The translations under genes and the position numbers were made by a program. The notes under the pieces are model-generated. The model saw only the letters and a program-made list of their open reading frames with translations, did no database searches and was not told the origin of the DNA. Positions 8,823 to 17,236 of a stretch of DNA of 32,000 nucleotides are shown piece after piece; positions within the stretch are counted from its first letter, which is position 1; each line of letters starts with the position of its first letter. Source of the stretch: Methanococcus maripaludis (GTDB lineage: Archaea; AGJL01; Methanococci; Methanococcales; Methanococcaceae); NCBI RefSeq assembly GCF_002945325.1, contig NZ_CP026606.1, positions 660,001 through 692,000 of the forward strand, read 5' to 3'.

Positions 8823-9875
8823 ATGCCAATTATCTCAATTAACGAAAACGGATTTTTAGATAAACTTAAAGGAACCAATGGATTATTTTCATGCGTTATA
8901 TCTTCAATAGAAACTACAAAATATGTGGGAATATCTGGAGTCAATAAAAGTGTCATAGATTACACGCCTGCAGCAGACATGGAACTTGTAACTATAGGGG
9001 AAAGTTTATCATTAAACCACCCGCCAATAGATGCTACAGGATGCCCAAGCCCTGCAACAATTACAAGAGCGGCAGTTGATCTTTTAAATATTCCTGTAAT
9101 GACTGTTGACGCTGGAAGCTACATAAAACCAAAAATACCATACATTTCAGTAGATCAAAAACCAACAGGAGATATCCAAAAAGGTCTTGGAATGGATAAC
9201 TCAAAAGAATTATTAAATTTAGGAAAAATAATTGGAAATAACAATATTTATGATAGTTTAATAATTGGTGAAAGCGTTCCTGGAGGAACCACGACTGCAC
9301 TTGGTGTTCTTTTAGGTTTAGGCTATGATGCAAGAGATAAGATAAGCTCAGGTTCAGTCGAAAACCCGAAAGACTTGAAATTAAGGGTCGTCGAAAGCGG
9401 ACTTAAAAATTCTAAATCAAATGATGTTTTTGATGTTTTAAATGCAGTTGGGGATAAAATGATGCCAGTTGTAGCAGGTATGGCCATATCTGCAGTATCA
9501 AAAGGTAAACCCGTGTTACTTGCTGGAGGAACGCAGATGGCATCTGTTTTAGCAGCCATTAAAGAAATTAGTCCTGAAACAGTGAAAAGTGGACTTTTAG
9601 GGATAAGTACCACAGAATTTGTATTAAATGATAGAAATGCAGATTTAAAAGATATTATTGAACAGATTGGGGATATTCCGCTGTATGCATCCAAATTTGG
9701 ATATGAAAATTCAAAAATTGACGGCTTAAAAGCATACTGTAATGGTTCAGTTAAGGAAGGTGTTGGAGCAGGAGGAATTGCAACTTACTGCTACTCAAAT
9801 GGTTTAAACCCAGAAGACATAAGAGAATATGTAGAAAAAAATTATGAAATATGGTATTCAAAACTTATTCAATAA
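8823..9875 (+). CDS. UPF0284 / TIGR00303-family protein (archaeal CobT-like nicotinate-mononucleotide:base phosphoribosyltransferase homologue)
   Basis: Its length is about 350 aa. The motifs GESVPGGTTTA and LLAGGTQM are typical of the UPF0284 (MJ1598-type) family as I recall it. AGGAG precedes the ATG. Confidence 0.65.
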   Translation: MPIISINENGFLDKLKGTNGLFSCVISSIETTKYVGISGVNKSVIDYTPAADMELVTIGESLSLNHPPIDATGCPSPATITRAAVDLLNIPVMTVDAGSYIKPKIPYISVDQKPTGDIQKGLGMDNSKELLNLGKIIGNNNIYDSLIIGESVPGGTTTALGVLLGLGYDARDKISSGSVENPKDLKLRVVESGLKNSKSNDVFDVLNAVGDKMMPVVAGMAISAVSKGKPVLLAGGTQMASVLAAIKEISPETVKSGLLGISTTEFVLNDRNADLKDIIEQIGDIPLYASKFGYENSKIDGLKAYCNGSVKEGVGAGGIATYCYSNGLNPEDIREYVEKNYEIWYSKLIQ

Positions 9876-9904
9876 TTCCCAAATTAAGACTTATGGTGTT
9901 AATC

Positions 9905-10351
9905 ATGAAATCTAAAGTCATAGTTCTTGCAGAAGATTCTAAAACATCGCCTTCAAGGCTTTTTAGATATTTAAACTCACTTGAATATGATATTAATGTG
10001 AAAGAAACGTGTTTTGGGGCATTTATCGAAGGCGAGGATGGCGTTGTCGATGAAGTAGTTAAATTAGTAAGAAATCTTGAAAAAAATAAGATTTTTTGTA
10101 AAGATAGGGGATTTCCAATATGGGATCAAAGACGATGTAGGGCATTTAGAAAAGGGGGCCCAAGAGAAGGTTTTCACCAGCTCGAAGCAGAACAGAAAAT
10201 ACTTGACAGGATTTCAAAAGCCCTTGATGCAGTAGAAAATGAAGAAATTAGCGAAGATGAACTCGAAGAAGAATTTAAAAATTTGAAAAATAAAAAATTA
10301 AAAGTCGATGCTTTTGAAAAAATTGCAGACGAAGTATTAAAAGAAAACTAA
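9905..10351 (+). CDS. conserved methanogen protein, possibly methanogenesis marker protein 6 (Mmp6)
   Basis: The sequence MKSKVIVLAEDSKTSP...KETCFGAFIEGEDG...RGFPIWDQRRCRAFRKGGPREGFHQLE matches my recollection of the Mmp6 family signature. This was not verified by search. I chose ATG 9905 (GGTG upstream) over the listed 9851, which would overlap the preceding gene. Confidence 0.4.
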   Translation: MKSKVIVLAEDSKTSPSRLFRYLNSLEYDINVKETCFGAFIEGEDGVVDEVVKLVRNLEKNKIFCKDRGFPIWDQRRCRAFRKGGPREGFHQLEAEQKILDRISKALDAVENEEISEDELEEEFKNLKNKKLKVDAFEKIADEVLKEN

Positions 10352-10367
10352 ATATTTTTGGGAAATT

Positions 10368-10775
10368 ATGGCGCATAAATATCAAAAAGGATCTACTTTT
10401 GAAAGAGAATTAAAGAAAAAACTTGAAAATCATGGATTTGCAGTTATCAGGAGTGCTGGAAGTCACGGCGTTGATTTAGTTGCAGGAAAAAAAGGAAAAA
10501 AACCAATTATAATTGAATGCAAATCAACTTCAAAAGATAAATATTACATTCCAAATGAAGATGTTGAAAAATTATTAGAGTTTTCCAACACTTTTGACGG
10601 GATTCCGTTTATTGCATTGAAAATTAATAGAAAATGCTTATTTATAAATCCTCACCTTTTAACTTCGGCGGGTAAAAATTACGCACTTGATTATGAAAAA
10701 TTGTGCCCCATCGCACTTGATATTAAAGATGTTGCAGAAGACAGTATTCAAAAAAAGTTGGATTCTGAAATGTAA
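10368..10775 (+). CDS. hjc: Holliday junction resolvase Hjc
   Basis: The protein shows the KGSTFERELKKKLENHGFAVIRSAGSHGVDLVAG...IIIECKST pattern of the archaeal Hjc nuclease fold (E..D..ExK catalytic arrangement). Its length is about 135 aa. Confidence 0.85.
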   Translation: MAHKYQKGSTFERELKKKLENHGFAVIRSAGSHGVDLVAGKKGKKPIIIECKSTSKDKYYIPNEDVEKLLEFSNTFDGIPFIALKINRKCLFINPHLLTSAGKNYALDYEKLCPIALDIKDVAEDSIQKKLDSEM

Positions 10776-10822
10776 TATAATGCAATTATTTACTTTTTTT
10801 AATCATTAAATAACGTCTGAAA

Positions 10823-11305
10823 TTATTCCATTGTATTTATCAGCATTTTCGTTATGGAAATGCTTAGATATGCTGCTCTTTTTGGTTTTATTATTATTGA
10901 TGAGTGTTCATCTTCCTTGTGAATGCCTATCAATATCGAGGCAGTTCTTTTTTCGTCTGCTGGGAGTATTGCAATTGAGACCCTACTTTCATTTGCAAAA
11001 CACGTTCCAACATCCTGTATCTTTTGAAGTTTTATACCTTCTTTTTTGAATTTACGGTTTATTTCTTCAGCAGAAACTACACCGTGATTTAAAAGTGTTA
11101 CAAACAGTGCAGAAGTTTCTAAATCCATCGAAACAGTATCCAATAAACCTTCTTCCTCATTGCTTAAATTAAAAATGATTTCGTTGTTTTCATACTTCAA
11201 AACCAAAGACTTTCCCTGTGCACCAGATATACTCATTCCCCTCACCTTTTCCGCCATACTATTGATAATATTATTATTCTTTGCACGGTTTAAAAAACTT
11301 TCCAT
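10823..11305 (-). CDS. hypothetical protein (start uncertain)
   Basis: The ORF is open and lies immediately downstream of the trmJ-like gene. ATG 11305 is 1 nt after that gene's stop codon. An alternative ATG at 11236 is preceded by a strong AAGGTGAGG element. I recognise no family. Confidence 0.5.
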   Translation of the reverse strand: MESFLNRAKNNNIINSMAEKVRGMSISGAQGKSLVLKYENNEIIFNLSNEEEGLLDTVSMDLETSALFVTLLNHGVVSAEEINRKFKKEGIKLQKIQDVGTCFANESRVSIAILPADEKRTASILIGIHKEDEHSSIIIKPKRAAYLSISITKMLINTME

Positions 11306-11306
11306 A

Positions 11307-12029
11307 TTATTTCGGGCATTTATCTTTAAAAACACATATTAAGGAATTTGCTTCTTTTCCCGAAATAAACGCCCTGCCAACAATTCTTTTAAAAATTGTC
11401 TTGCATATGTCTTTTCTATAGTCTGGCACATCTTTTGAACGATCTACAAACTCGTTGAAAAATCTAAGAAGTGCATTTTTTTCATCGACTGATGCGTTTT
11501 TCATGTTTAAATCGTAAGGAATATCTTCTGAAAATGATTCGAAGTAAATTTCGTATAGTATTACCGAAACGGCGTGAGAAAGATTCAATATTGGGTATTT
11601 GTTTGAAGTTGGAACAGAAACCAAAATATCGCAGAGTTCTACATCTTCATTTTTTAGACCATCATCTTCCCGCCCAAAGACTATTCCCAATGTTCCATTT
11701 ATACCAAAATGTTTTTTAGCAAGTTCTCGAGGAGTAATTGGAACCCGGTTTACGTTTCTATCGCCACAAACTGCCCCCGTTGTTGCCACAGTAAAATCAA
11801 TATCTGAAATTGCATCTTCAAGTTTTGAATAAAATTTAGCATTGTTTAGGATATTTTTCGCATGAACTGCTCGAATATATGCTTCATCATCTAAAATTTC
11901 AGGTGTTCCAACTATTCTTAATTCTTCAACATCAAAATTCATCATATTTCTTGCAATAGCCCCTAAATTCCCACCATATTTTGGATTAACCAATATAACT
12001 ACTGTTTTCACATTATCACAAGTTTTCAC
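11307..12029 (-). CDS. trmJ: SpoU/TrmH-family RNA 2'-O-methyltransferase, TrmJ-like
   Basis: It has an N-terminal SPOUT domain with motifs NLGAIARNMMNF, LGIVFGREDDGL and LNLSHAVSVILYEI, plus a C-terminal extension as in the TrmJ subfamily. The listed start is a GTG. Confidence 0.65.
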   Translation of the reverse strand: MKTCDNVKTVVILVNPKYGGNLGAIARNMMNFDVEELRIVGTPEILDDEAYIRAVHAKNILNNAKFYSKLEDAISDIDFTVATTGAVCGDRNVNRVPITPRELAKKHFGINGTLGIVFGREDDGLKNEDVELCDILVSVPTSNKYPILNLSHAVSVILYEIYFESFSEDIPYDLNMKNASVDEKNALLRFFNEFVDRSKDVPDYRKDICKTIFKRIVGRAFISGKEANSLICVFKDKCPK

Positions 12030-12172
12030 TTTAATTTTTTATTCCGATTCAATTTTATAATTATTATAGATTCTGATTAAATATTAACTATCGTTAAAAA
12101 TATTGATCTTTGAAAAACTTAAAAATAATTTAATTATTACCTCACCCGAAAAACAGAAAAGCCAGCTTTATT

Positions 12173-12898
12173 TTAAAGTACAAGCTGGTAAAATAAAACT
12201 GCAAATGTTCCGCCACTTAACGTTGCCATGAAATTTACGTGTTCGTTATTTAATATTCCTTTTCGCTCGAAAAATGCACCAAGGAAGCTATCTGCAAAGT
12301 TTCCAATCATTCCCGAAATTGTTGCGGTCCAAAACATCAATATATCGTTAAAAAGGGCATATGCAAGTAAACCTATCAAAAAAGATCCAAGTAACCCTGC
12401 AAATGTACCGCATACGGTTATTCCACCATCGGTTCCAGTTTTAACGGTTTTAAAATTTGATATGAGCCTTGGAGTTTCTCTTGAAAGCATTCCAAGTTCT
12501 GATGAAAATGTATCAGAATTTGCAGCTGCAATTGTTCCAACGTATCCTACAAGGGCTATTTCTTCGGTAATAAATCCTGAAGAATACGCTAAAACAAACA
12601 ATATTGCCATAAGCCCATTTGCAAGAACATTTTTCAAAGAACGTCTTGATTCAGCCATTTTTATTGTCTTTTTAAAACCATAACCCATTTTACTTACGAG
12701 ACTGCCCAGAACTAAAAACGAGATAAGGAGCAGTAGCCATTTTAAATCTGCCAAAAACAATATTGTAAATGCCATTACCGAAGATCCGAATATCCCCCAT
12801 TTGTCGAGATACTTCTTTTTATAAATTAGTGCCGCGAGTAGTCCCGTGATTGCTGCCGAATAAATTATCTTCAATAACATGTCCATTAAATTCACCAT
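12173..12898 (-). CDS. DUF92 / TIGR00297 (COG1836, TMEM19/VTE6-like) integral membrane protein
   Basis: It is a multi-pass hydrophobic protein with GTDGGITVCGTFAGLLGS and GNFADSFLGA motifs, which I recall for DUF92. An alternative start at 12886 follows GGTGA. Confidence 0.55.
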   Translation of the reverse strand: MVNLMDMLLKIIYSAAITGLLAALIYKKKYLDKWGIFGSSVMAFTILFLADLKWLLLLISFLVLGSLVSKMGYGFKKTIKMAESRRSLKNVLANGLMAILFVLAYSSGFITEEIALVGYVGTIAAANSDTFSSELGMLSRETPRLISNFKTVKTGTDGGITVCGTFAGLLGSFLIGLLAYALFNDILMFWTATISGMIGNFADSFLGAFFERKGILNNEHVNFMATLSGGTFAVLFYQLVL

Positions 12899-13265
12899 AC
12901 ATTCCTAAACACAAAAGATTATTAAATCTTACGATACCTAGCCTAACCTTACCTTCATTATTATATTATAATACGGGAAAAATCAGATAATTTTTGTATT
13001 AACCTTTTTTTCATTAAAATTCTTAAATATACCATGAATATTATTAATATTAAAACAATCATTCAGATTTATTTACAGCATTCTTAAATAATCCACCCAA
13101 TAGCTGCATCAATATGGTAAAAACTGTAATTTCGAAAAATAATTATGTCTAACCCAGTATATAAAGTATTGCGGTCCAACACCCCGTAAAAATTGGTAAC
13201 AGCTATTTTTAAAATTTTTTGAGGTTATTACCTTTTGATATTTTGAGTAGTTTTAAAATATCATT

Positions 13266-13273
13266 TTTATATA
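13266..13273 (+). promoter_or_regulatory. TATA box candidate (TTTATATA) for the HIT gene
   Basis: A consensus TTTATATA begins 57 nt upstream of ATG 13323. The predicted transcription start is near 13296, leaving a short leader that contains GGTGA. Confidence 0.45.
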
Positions 13274-13322
13274 CCATTTAAACCATATCGGTTATTCGAA
13301 ATAAACTTAGGTGATTTTAATC

Positions 13323-13715
13323 ATGTGTATTTTTTGCGATATTGTTAAAGGAGATATTCCTGCAAGAATAATTTACGAAGACGACAAATTTTTAGCATTT
13401 ATGGATGCATTTCCAAGAGCAGTTGGCCATACTTTAATAATTCCAAAAGAACATTTTGAAACATTTGACGAACTTCCAAAAGAACTTGCATGCGAAATGA
13501 TGGAAGTTATCCACAAAATTGTAAAAAAACTTGAAAAATTAGAAATGGATGGCTACAACCTTTTAAATAATAACAAACAGGTTTCAGGTCAAGAAGTCCC
13601 GCACGTTCACTTCCACATCATCCCAAGATATGAAAACGAAGGTTACCCAGTTTATGTGTTAAAAGACCCGATAAACGTTGACCTTGATTCAATTTACGAT
13701 AGAATAATGGAATAA
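13323..13715 (+). CDS. HIT-family (histidine triad) nucleotide hydrolase
   Basis: The N-terminus is MCIFCDIVKGDIPARIIYEDD and the histidine triad is HVHFHIIPR. ATG 13323 lies 8 nt after GGTGA, so the listed GTG 13311 is rejected. Confidence 0.9.
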   Translation: MCIFCDIVKGDIPARIIYEDDKFLAFMDAFPRAVGHTLIIPKEHFETFDELPKELACEMMEVIHKIVKKLEKLEMDGYNLLNNNKQVSGQEVPHVHFHIIPRYENEGYPVYVLKDPINVDLDSIYDRIME

Positions 13716-13716
13716 T

Positions 13717-14355
13717 TTAAATTCTTTCATTTTTACTAAGCGCAATGATTCCGTTAATTGCTGAAACTGCGACAGGAGTTCCACCTTTTGGACCCATTGT
13801 AGAAATTGATGGGATTTTTGTCGTTCTTAATAATTCTTTTGATTCTGCTGCTTTTACAAAACCAACCGGAGCTCCGATAACCAGTTTTGGAGTTATTCCT
13901 TCTTCTTTATTTAATCTTATGACTTCAAGAAGTGCAGTTGGCGCATTACCAATAACTACAATACCCCCATCAATTAACTCTTTTGAAGCCCTGATTGATG
14001 CGACGGCCCTTGTTACCTGCTCTTTTTTTGCAACTTCAAAGACTTTCTTTTCAGAAATTGTACATAATACGTCTTCGTAACGTATTCCTGCTTTTACCAT
14101 CGAAATATCTGCAATTATCGGACTTTCATTAGTTATTGCTTTTAAACCATTTTCAATTGGTTTATTATCAAAGTTAACGAGTTTTGAATACTCTGGATCG
14201 GCAGTTGCATGAACTACTCTTTCAATTATTCCCATTTCTTCGTCAGAATACAATATAACATTTTTTCCCAAAACTTCGCTTATTTTTGTTTTTACTATTT
14301 CTCTTGATCGGTCTGCGATGTCTTTTCCGTCCTTGGTTACTGCTCCCATAAACAT
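13717..14355 (-). CDS. cbiC: cobalt-precorrin-8 methylmutase (CbiC/CobH family)
   Basis: Family motifs are present: VVIGNAPTALLEVIRL, GAPVGFVKAAESKELL and KGGTPVAVSAINGI. Its length is about 210 aa. Confidence 0.85.
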   Translation of the reverse strand: MFMGAVTKDGKDIADRSREIVKTKISEVLGKNVILYSDEEMGIIERVVHATADPEYSKLVNFDNKPIENGLKAITNESPIIADISMVKAGIRYEDVLCTISEKKVFEVAKKEQVTRAVASIRASKELIDGGIVVIGNAPTALLEVIRLNKEEGITPKLVIGAPVGFVKAAESKELLRTTKIPSISTMGPKGGTPVAVSAINGIIALSKNERI

Positions 14356-14363
14356 ATTATCAC

Positions 14364-14654
14364 TTACAGAACTGAAAGTATGATTTTTTTATTGCTGTTT
14401 TCAGGAATGTGCGCTACTTCTAAAACATCCCTTGAAATATTTTCAATATCAAATTCCATCAATCCAAATGTTTTATTATCCGTATCAACTCGATAATGAG
14501 TCCCATCTTTTGCATCGATGGTTCCTTCAACATGGCACCTTCCAAAGTAAACTTCTATGTAGTCCCCTTCATCTACTTCGTTATCCATGTATTCTCTCAT
14601 CTTTTCTTCCGTAACTTCCATATTGATTTCTTCGTTGTATTCTGGTTCAGCCAT
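14364..14654 (-). CDS. small acidic hypothetical protein (96 aa)
   Basis: GGTGA lies 5 nt before the ATG. The gene sits 13 nt after the upstream DUF63 gene and 8 nt before cbiC. I recognise no family. Confidence 0.55.
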   Translation of the reverse strand: MAEPEYNEEINMEVTEEKMREYMDNEVDEGDYIEVYFGRCHVEGTIDAKDGTHYRVDTDNKTFGLMEFDIENISRDVLEVAHIPENSNKKIILSVL

Positions 14655-14667
14655 ATTTTCACCTAAT

Positions 14668-15474
14668 TTAAACTCCCATTACTGTCCTAAATAGGTTTCT
14701 AAGACCTGGTGCAAGCCCTAAAGCCATTACTGTTATTTTTAATATATTTCTTAAATTATCGTCTTTAACTTCTTTGTTAAATATATCTAAAACCAAAAGC
14801 ACTACAAGCATTTTTAAAGGTATTATGCTGTAAGGTCCGAAGTAATCCATAAAAAACCTCGGAACAGGGTGCTGCTCCCAATAATGGTATATGCCAATTC
14901 CTACAGATGTTGCCGATGCATCTACAAGCTGTGAAAATATAGCGTATTTATCTATCCGCTCAATTTTTACCTTTTTCAGCTTTTCGACGATGTAAATCAA
15001 TAAATAATAACTTAAAAGCAATATTCCGGATACGTAAACTATTGCTTCGGGGTGAGTTATCCTACTCGAAAACTCGAAAAGCATGTAAAGAATTGGAACT
15101 ACTGCCATTGCTATTGAAAGTAAATAATATCTCTTTTTTAAAAGAATTCCTGAAATAATTATTGAAATCATGTAGTAAATACCAACTGCAACAACTATTC
15201 CCGGCGTAACTGTGTAATAAAGCCTTGGAAAAAGTCCTGCATCAACTAGCGCCCTCATCAAGGTTATCAAAATTACATAAAATACAGTAACTTCTGCAAA
15301 TCTGCGGTCAATTGCGATTTTAAGTTTTAAACAAATTTTGTAAAACGTGTAAACCATTACAAAGAGCAAAATCCCATATGTGATTTCCTGAATTAAATTA
15401 TAGCCCTGTTTTGTATCTATCGGGTAAATATAGTACCGGTAAATAAATTCTCGGATTAAAAGCATTCCATTCAT
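14668..15474 (-). CDS. polytopic membrane protein, DUF63-like
   Basis: It has about 7 hydrophobic segments. The N-terminus REFIYRYYIYPI...GYNLIQEITYG resembles archaeal DUF63 proteins as recalled. GGTGA lies 4 nt before the ATG. Confidence 0.45.
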   Translation of the reverse strand: MNGMLLIREFIYRYYIYPIDTKQGYNLIQEITYGILLFVMVYTFYKICLKLKIAIDRRFAEVTVFYVILITLMRALVDAGLFPRLYYTVTPGIVVAVGIYYMISIIISGILLKKRYYLLSIAMAVVPILYMLFEFSSRITHPEAIVYVSGILLLSYYLLIYIVEKLKKVKIERIDKYAIFSQLVDASATSVGIGIYHYWEQHPVPRFFMDYFGPYSIIPLKMLVVLLVLDIFNKEVKDDNLRNILKITVMALGLAPGLRNLFRTVMGV

Positions 15475-15583
15475 TAAGTCACCGCAGTTAAATCTAGATA
15501 AAATAAGACTAAATCAGTAAACATTTCTAAAAAATAACTATGAATAATTCTATTTAATTCTACCTATATTAAAAAATTAAAAG

Positions 15584-17101
15584 TTAGAATTTACTTATCC
15601 TTTCAATAAGCATTCCTTCAACTTTTACAGGATAAACTCTTCTCGCAAGATTTACTGCTGACACAAGCCTTTCTTCAGAGCCAGAATAGATTGTATACAA
15701 CACATCTCCTTTTTTAACCTTGTTTCCAATCTTTGAATTTAGTAAAAGTCCTGCTTTTTTATCCCTTGGAGCTCCAGCCTCTTTGACTACGTTTGTAATT
15801 CCAGTATTACTTATATCTGTAACGTAGCCATCTATTGGAGCAATTATCTCTTCAATATATTCTCCAAGTTCTATTTCCTCAGGTTTTTTTGGAGTTCCGC
15901 CCTGTTCAATTATGATCTGGTTGAATTTTTCAAGTGCCCGTCCAGACTCTAACATTTCCCATGCTAAATTTTGCCCTTCACCAATCTGTGCGGCACCGCC
16001 AAGTTCAAGCAGAATTCCTGCAAGAGATAAGGCTTTTTCAATCAAACTTTTTGGAGCATTTTTTGGATCTTGAAGTGCTTCAATTGCTTCTTTTGCTTCG
16101 AGTGCAGGTCCAATTGCCCTTCCAAGTGGCTGTCCACCATATGTTAAAACACATTCTACTTTAATATTTAGCAATTCTCCAAGTTCAATGAATTTCCTCG
16201 CTAATTTTGCCCCTTCTGCTTCATTTTTGATTTTTACGCCTTTTCCAACAGGAATATCGATTACAGTATATTTAATTCCAGTTGCAATCTTTTTTGCCAT
16301 AACACTTGCAAGAAGCTGGGGTTGGGGGTCAATTGAAACTGGTCTTTCCACATTTATGATAATATCATCTGCAGGAGCTAAATTTACGCCTCCACCCCAT
16401 GCAAGACACCCGTTTGTGGTTTTAACTATCCTTTTTATCTCTTCTTCTTTTAATTCAACATTTGTGAGCACTTCCATTACATCAGCAGTTCCTGCAGGCG
16501 AAGTTATCGCCCTTGATGAGGTTTTTGGAATTGTGATTCCCGCTGCTGCAAGTATCGGGATTGAAAGAAGTGCATATTTGTTTCCAGGAACTCCTCCGAT
16601 ACTGTGGATATCGACAACCAGATTTTTCTCCCAAGAAATCATGTCCCCGGTTTCTGCAATTCTCTTGGTCATCTCGCTTATTTCATCCATATTCATTCCA
16701 TTAATGTAAGTAGATGAAACAAATGCGGATAATTCAATGTTTGAGAGTTTTTTAGATACGATTTCATCGATTATCGTTCTTATTTCGTGAGGATTTAGAA
16801 CTTGTCCATCCATTTTCTTTTTTATAAATGGAACGGATTCGGGCTTTTCTGCGTGTCTTAATTTTACTTCTTCTCCGTCTGAAATTGAAATTTCTGCAAG
16901 TTCACTTACAAGCATTCCAACTTCGCCTTTTTGAACCATGGTTTTTGTAGAATAGATGTTTCCGATGACAGAACCTGCGTGTGACTCTATCAATACCCTA
17001 TCCTGCGGGTAGTAAGAAGTTCCTTTTAAATCTTCTTCGTTAACAATTACCGCATTTTCGCCCAGATCAAGGTCTATAAATTTTGCATTTAAAAATAGCA
17101 T
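15584..17101 (-). CDS. deoA: AMP phosphorylase (archaeal thymidine-phosphorylase-family enzyme with N-terminal extension)
   Basis: At 505 aa it carries the extra N-terminal domain (MLFLNAKFIDLDLGENAVI...). The glycosyltransferase family-3 core is present (HSIGGVPGNK, TSSRAITSPAGTAD). GGGAGGGA precedes the ATG. Confidence 0.85.
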   Translation of the reverse strand: MLFLNAKFIDLDLGENAVIVNEEDLKGTSYYPQDRVLIESHAGSVIGNIYSTKTMVQKGEVGMLVSELAEISISDGEEVKLRHAEKPESVPFIKKKMDGQVLNPHEIRTIIDEIVSKKLSNIELSAFVSSTYINGMNMDEISEMTKRIAETGDMISWEKNLVVDIHSIGGVPGNKYALLSIPILAAAGITIPKTSSRAITSPAGTADVMEVLTNVELKEEEIKRIVKTTNGCLAWGGGVNLAPADDIIINVERPVSIDPQPQLLASVMAKKIATGIKYTVIDIPVGKGVKIKNEAEGAKLARKFIELGELLNIKVECVLTYGGQPLGRAIGPALEAKEAIEALQDPKNAPKSLIEKALSLAGILLELGGAAQIGEGQNLAWEMLESGRALEKFNQIIIEQGGTPKKPEEIELGEYIEEIIAPIDGYVTDISNTGITNVVKEAGAPRDKKAGLLLNSKIGNKVKKGDVLYTIYSGSEERLVSAVNLARRVYPVKVEGMLIERISKF

Positions 17102-17236
17102 GATGTCCCTCCCGCAGATTATTATTAAAATTAATAAATTAACTCTAATCAGTTTATATCTAACTTAAAATAAAAACTTTTTTAAAAAATTTTATAAAAA
17201 AAGAAATTTAACAAAAAATAATAATTTTAAAGAATA

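Noticed and set aside
16188-16709. 173-aa plus-strand ORF antisense to the AMP phosphorylase gene. Similar long antisense ORFs occur at 12228..12683, 9323..9694, 19848..20324, 19392..19745, 25979..26335 and 27005..27382.
   Set aside because: All lie inside well-supported conserved genes on the opposite strand. They have Ser/Phe/Ile/Pro-rich low-information composition typical of the antisense of Lys/Glu-rich genes, and they lack Shine-Dalgarno elements.
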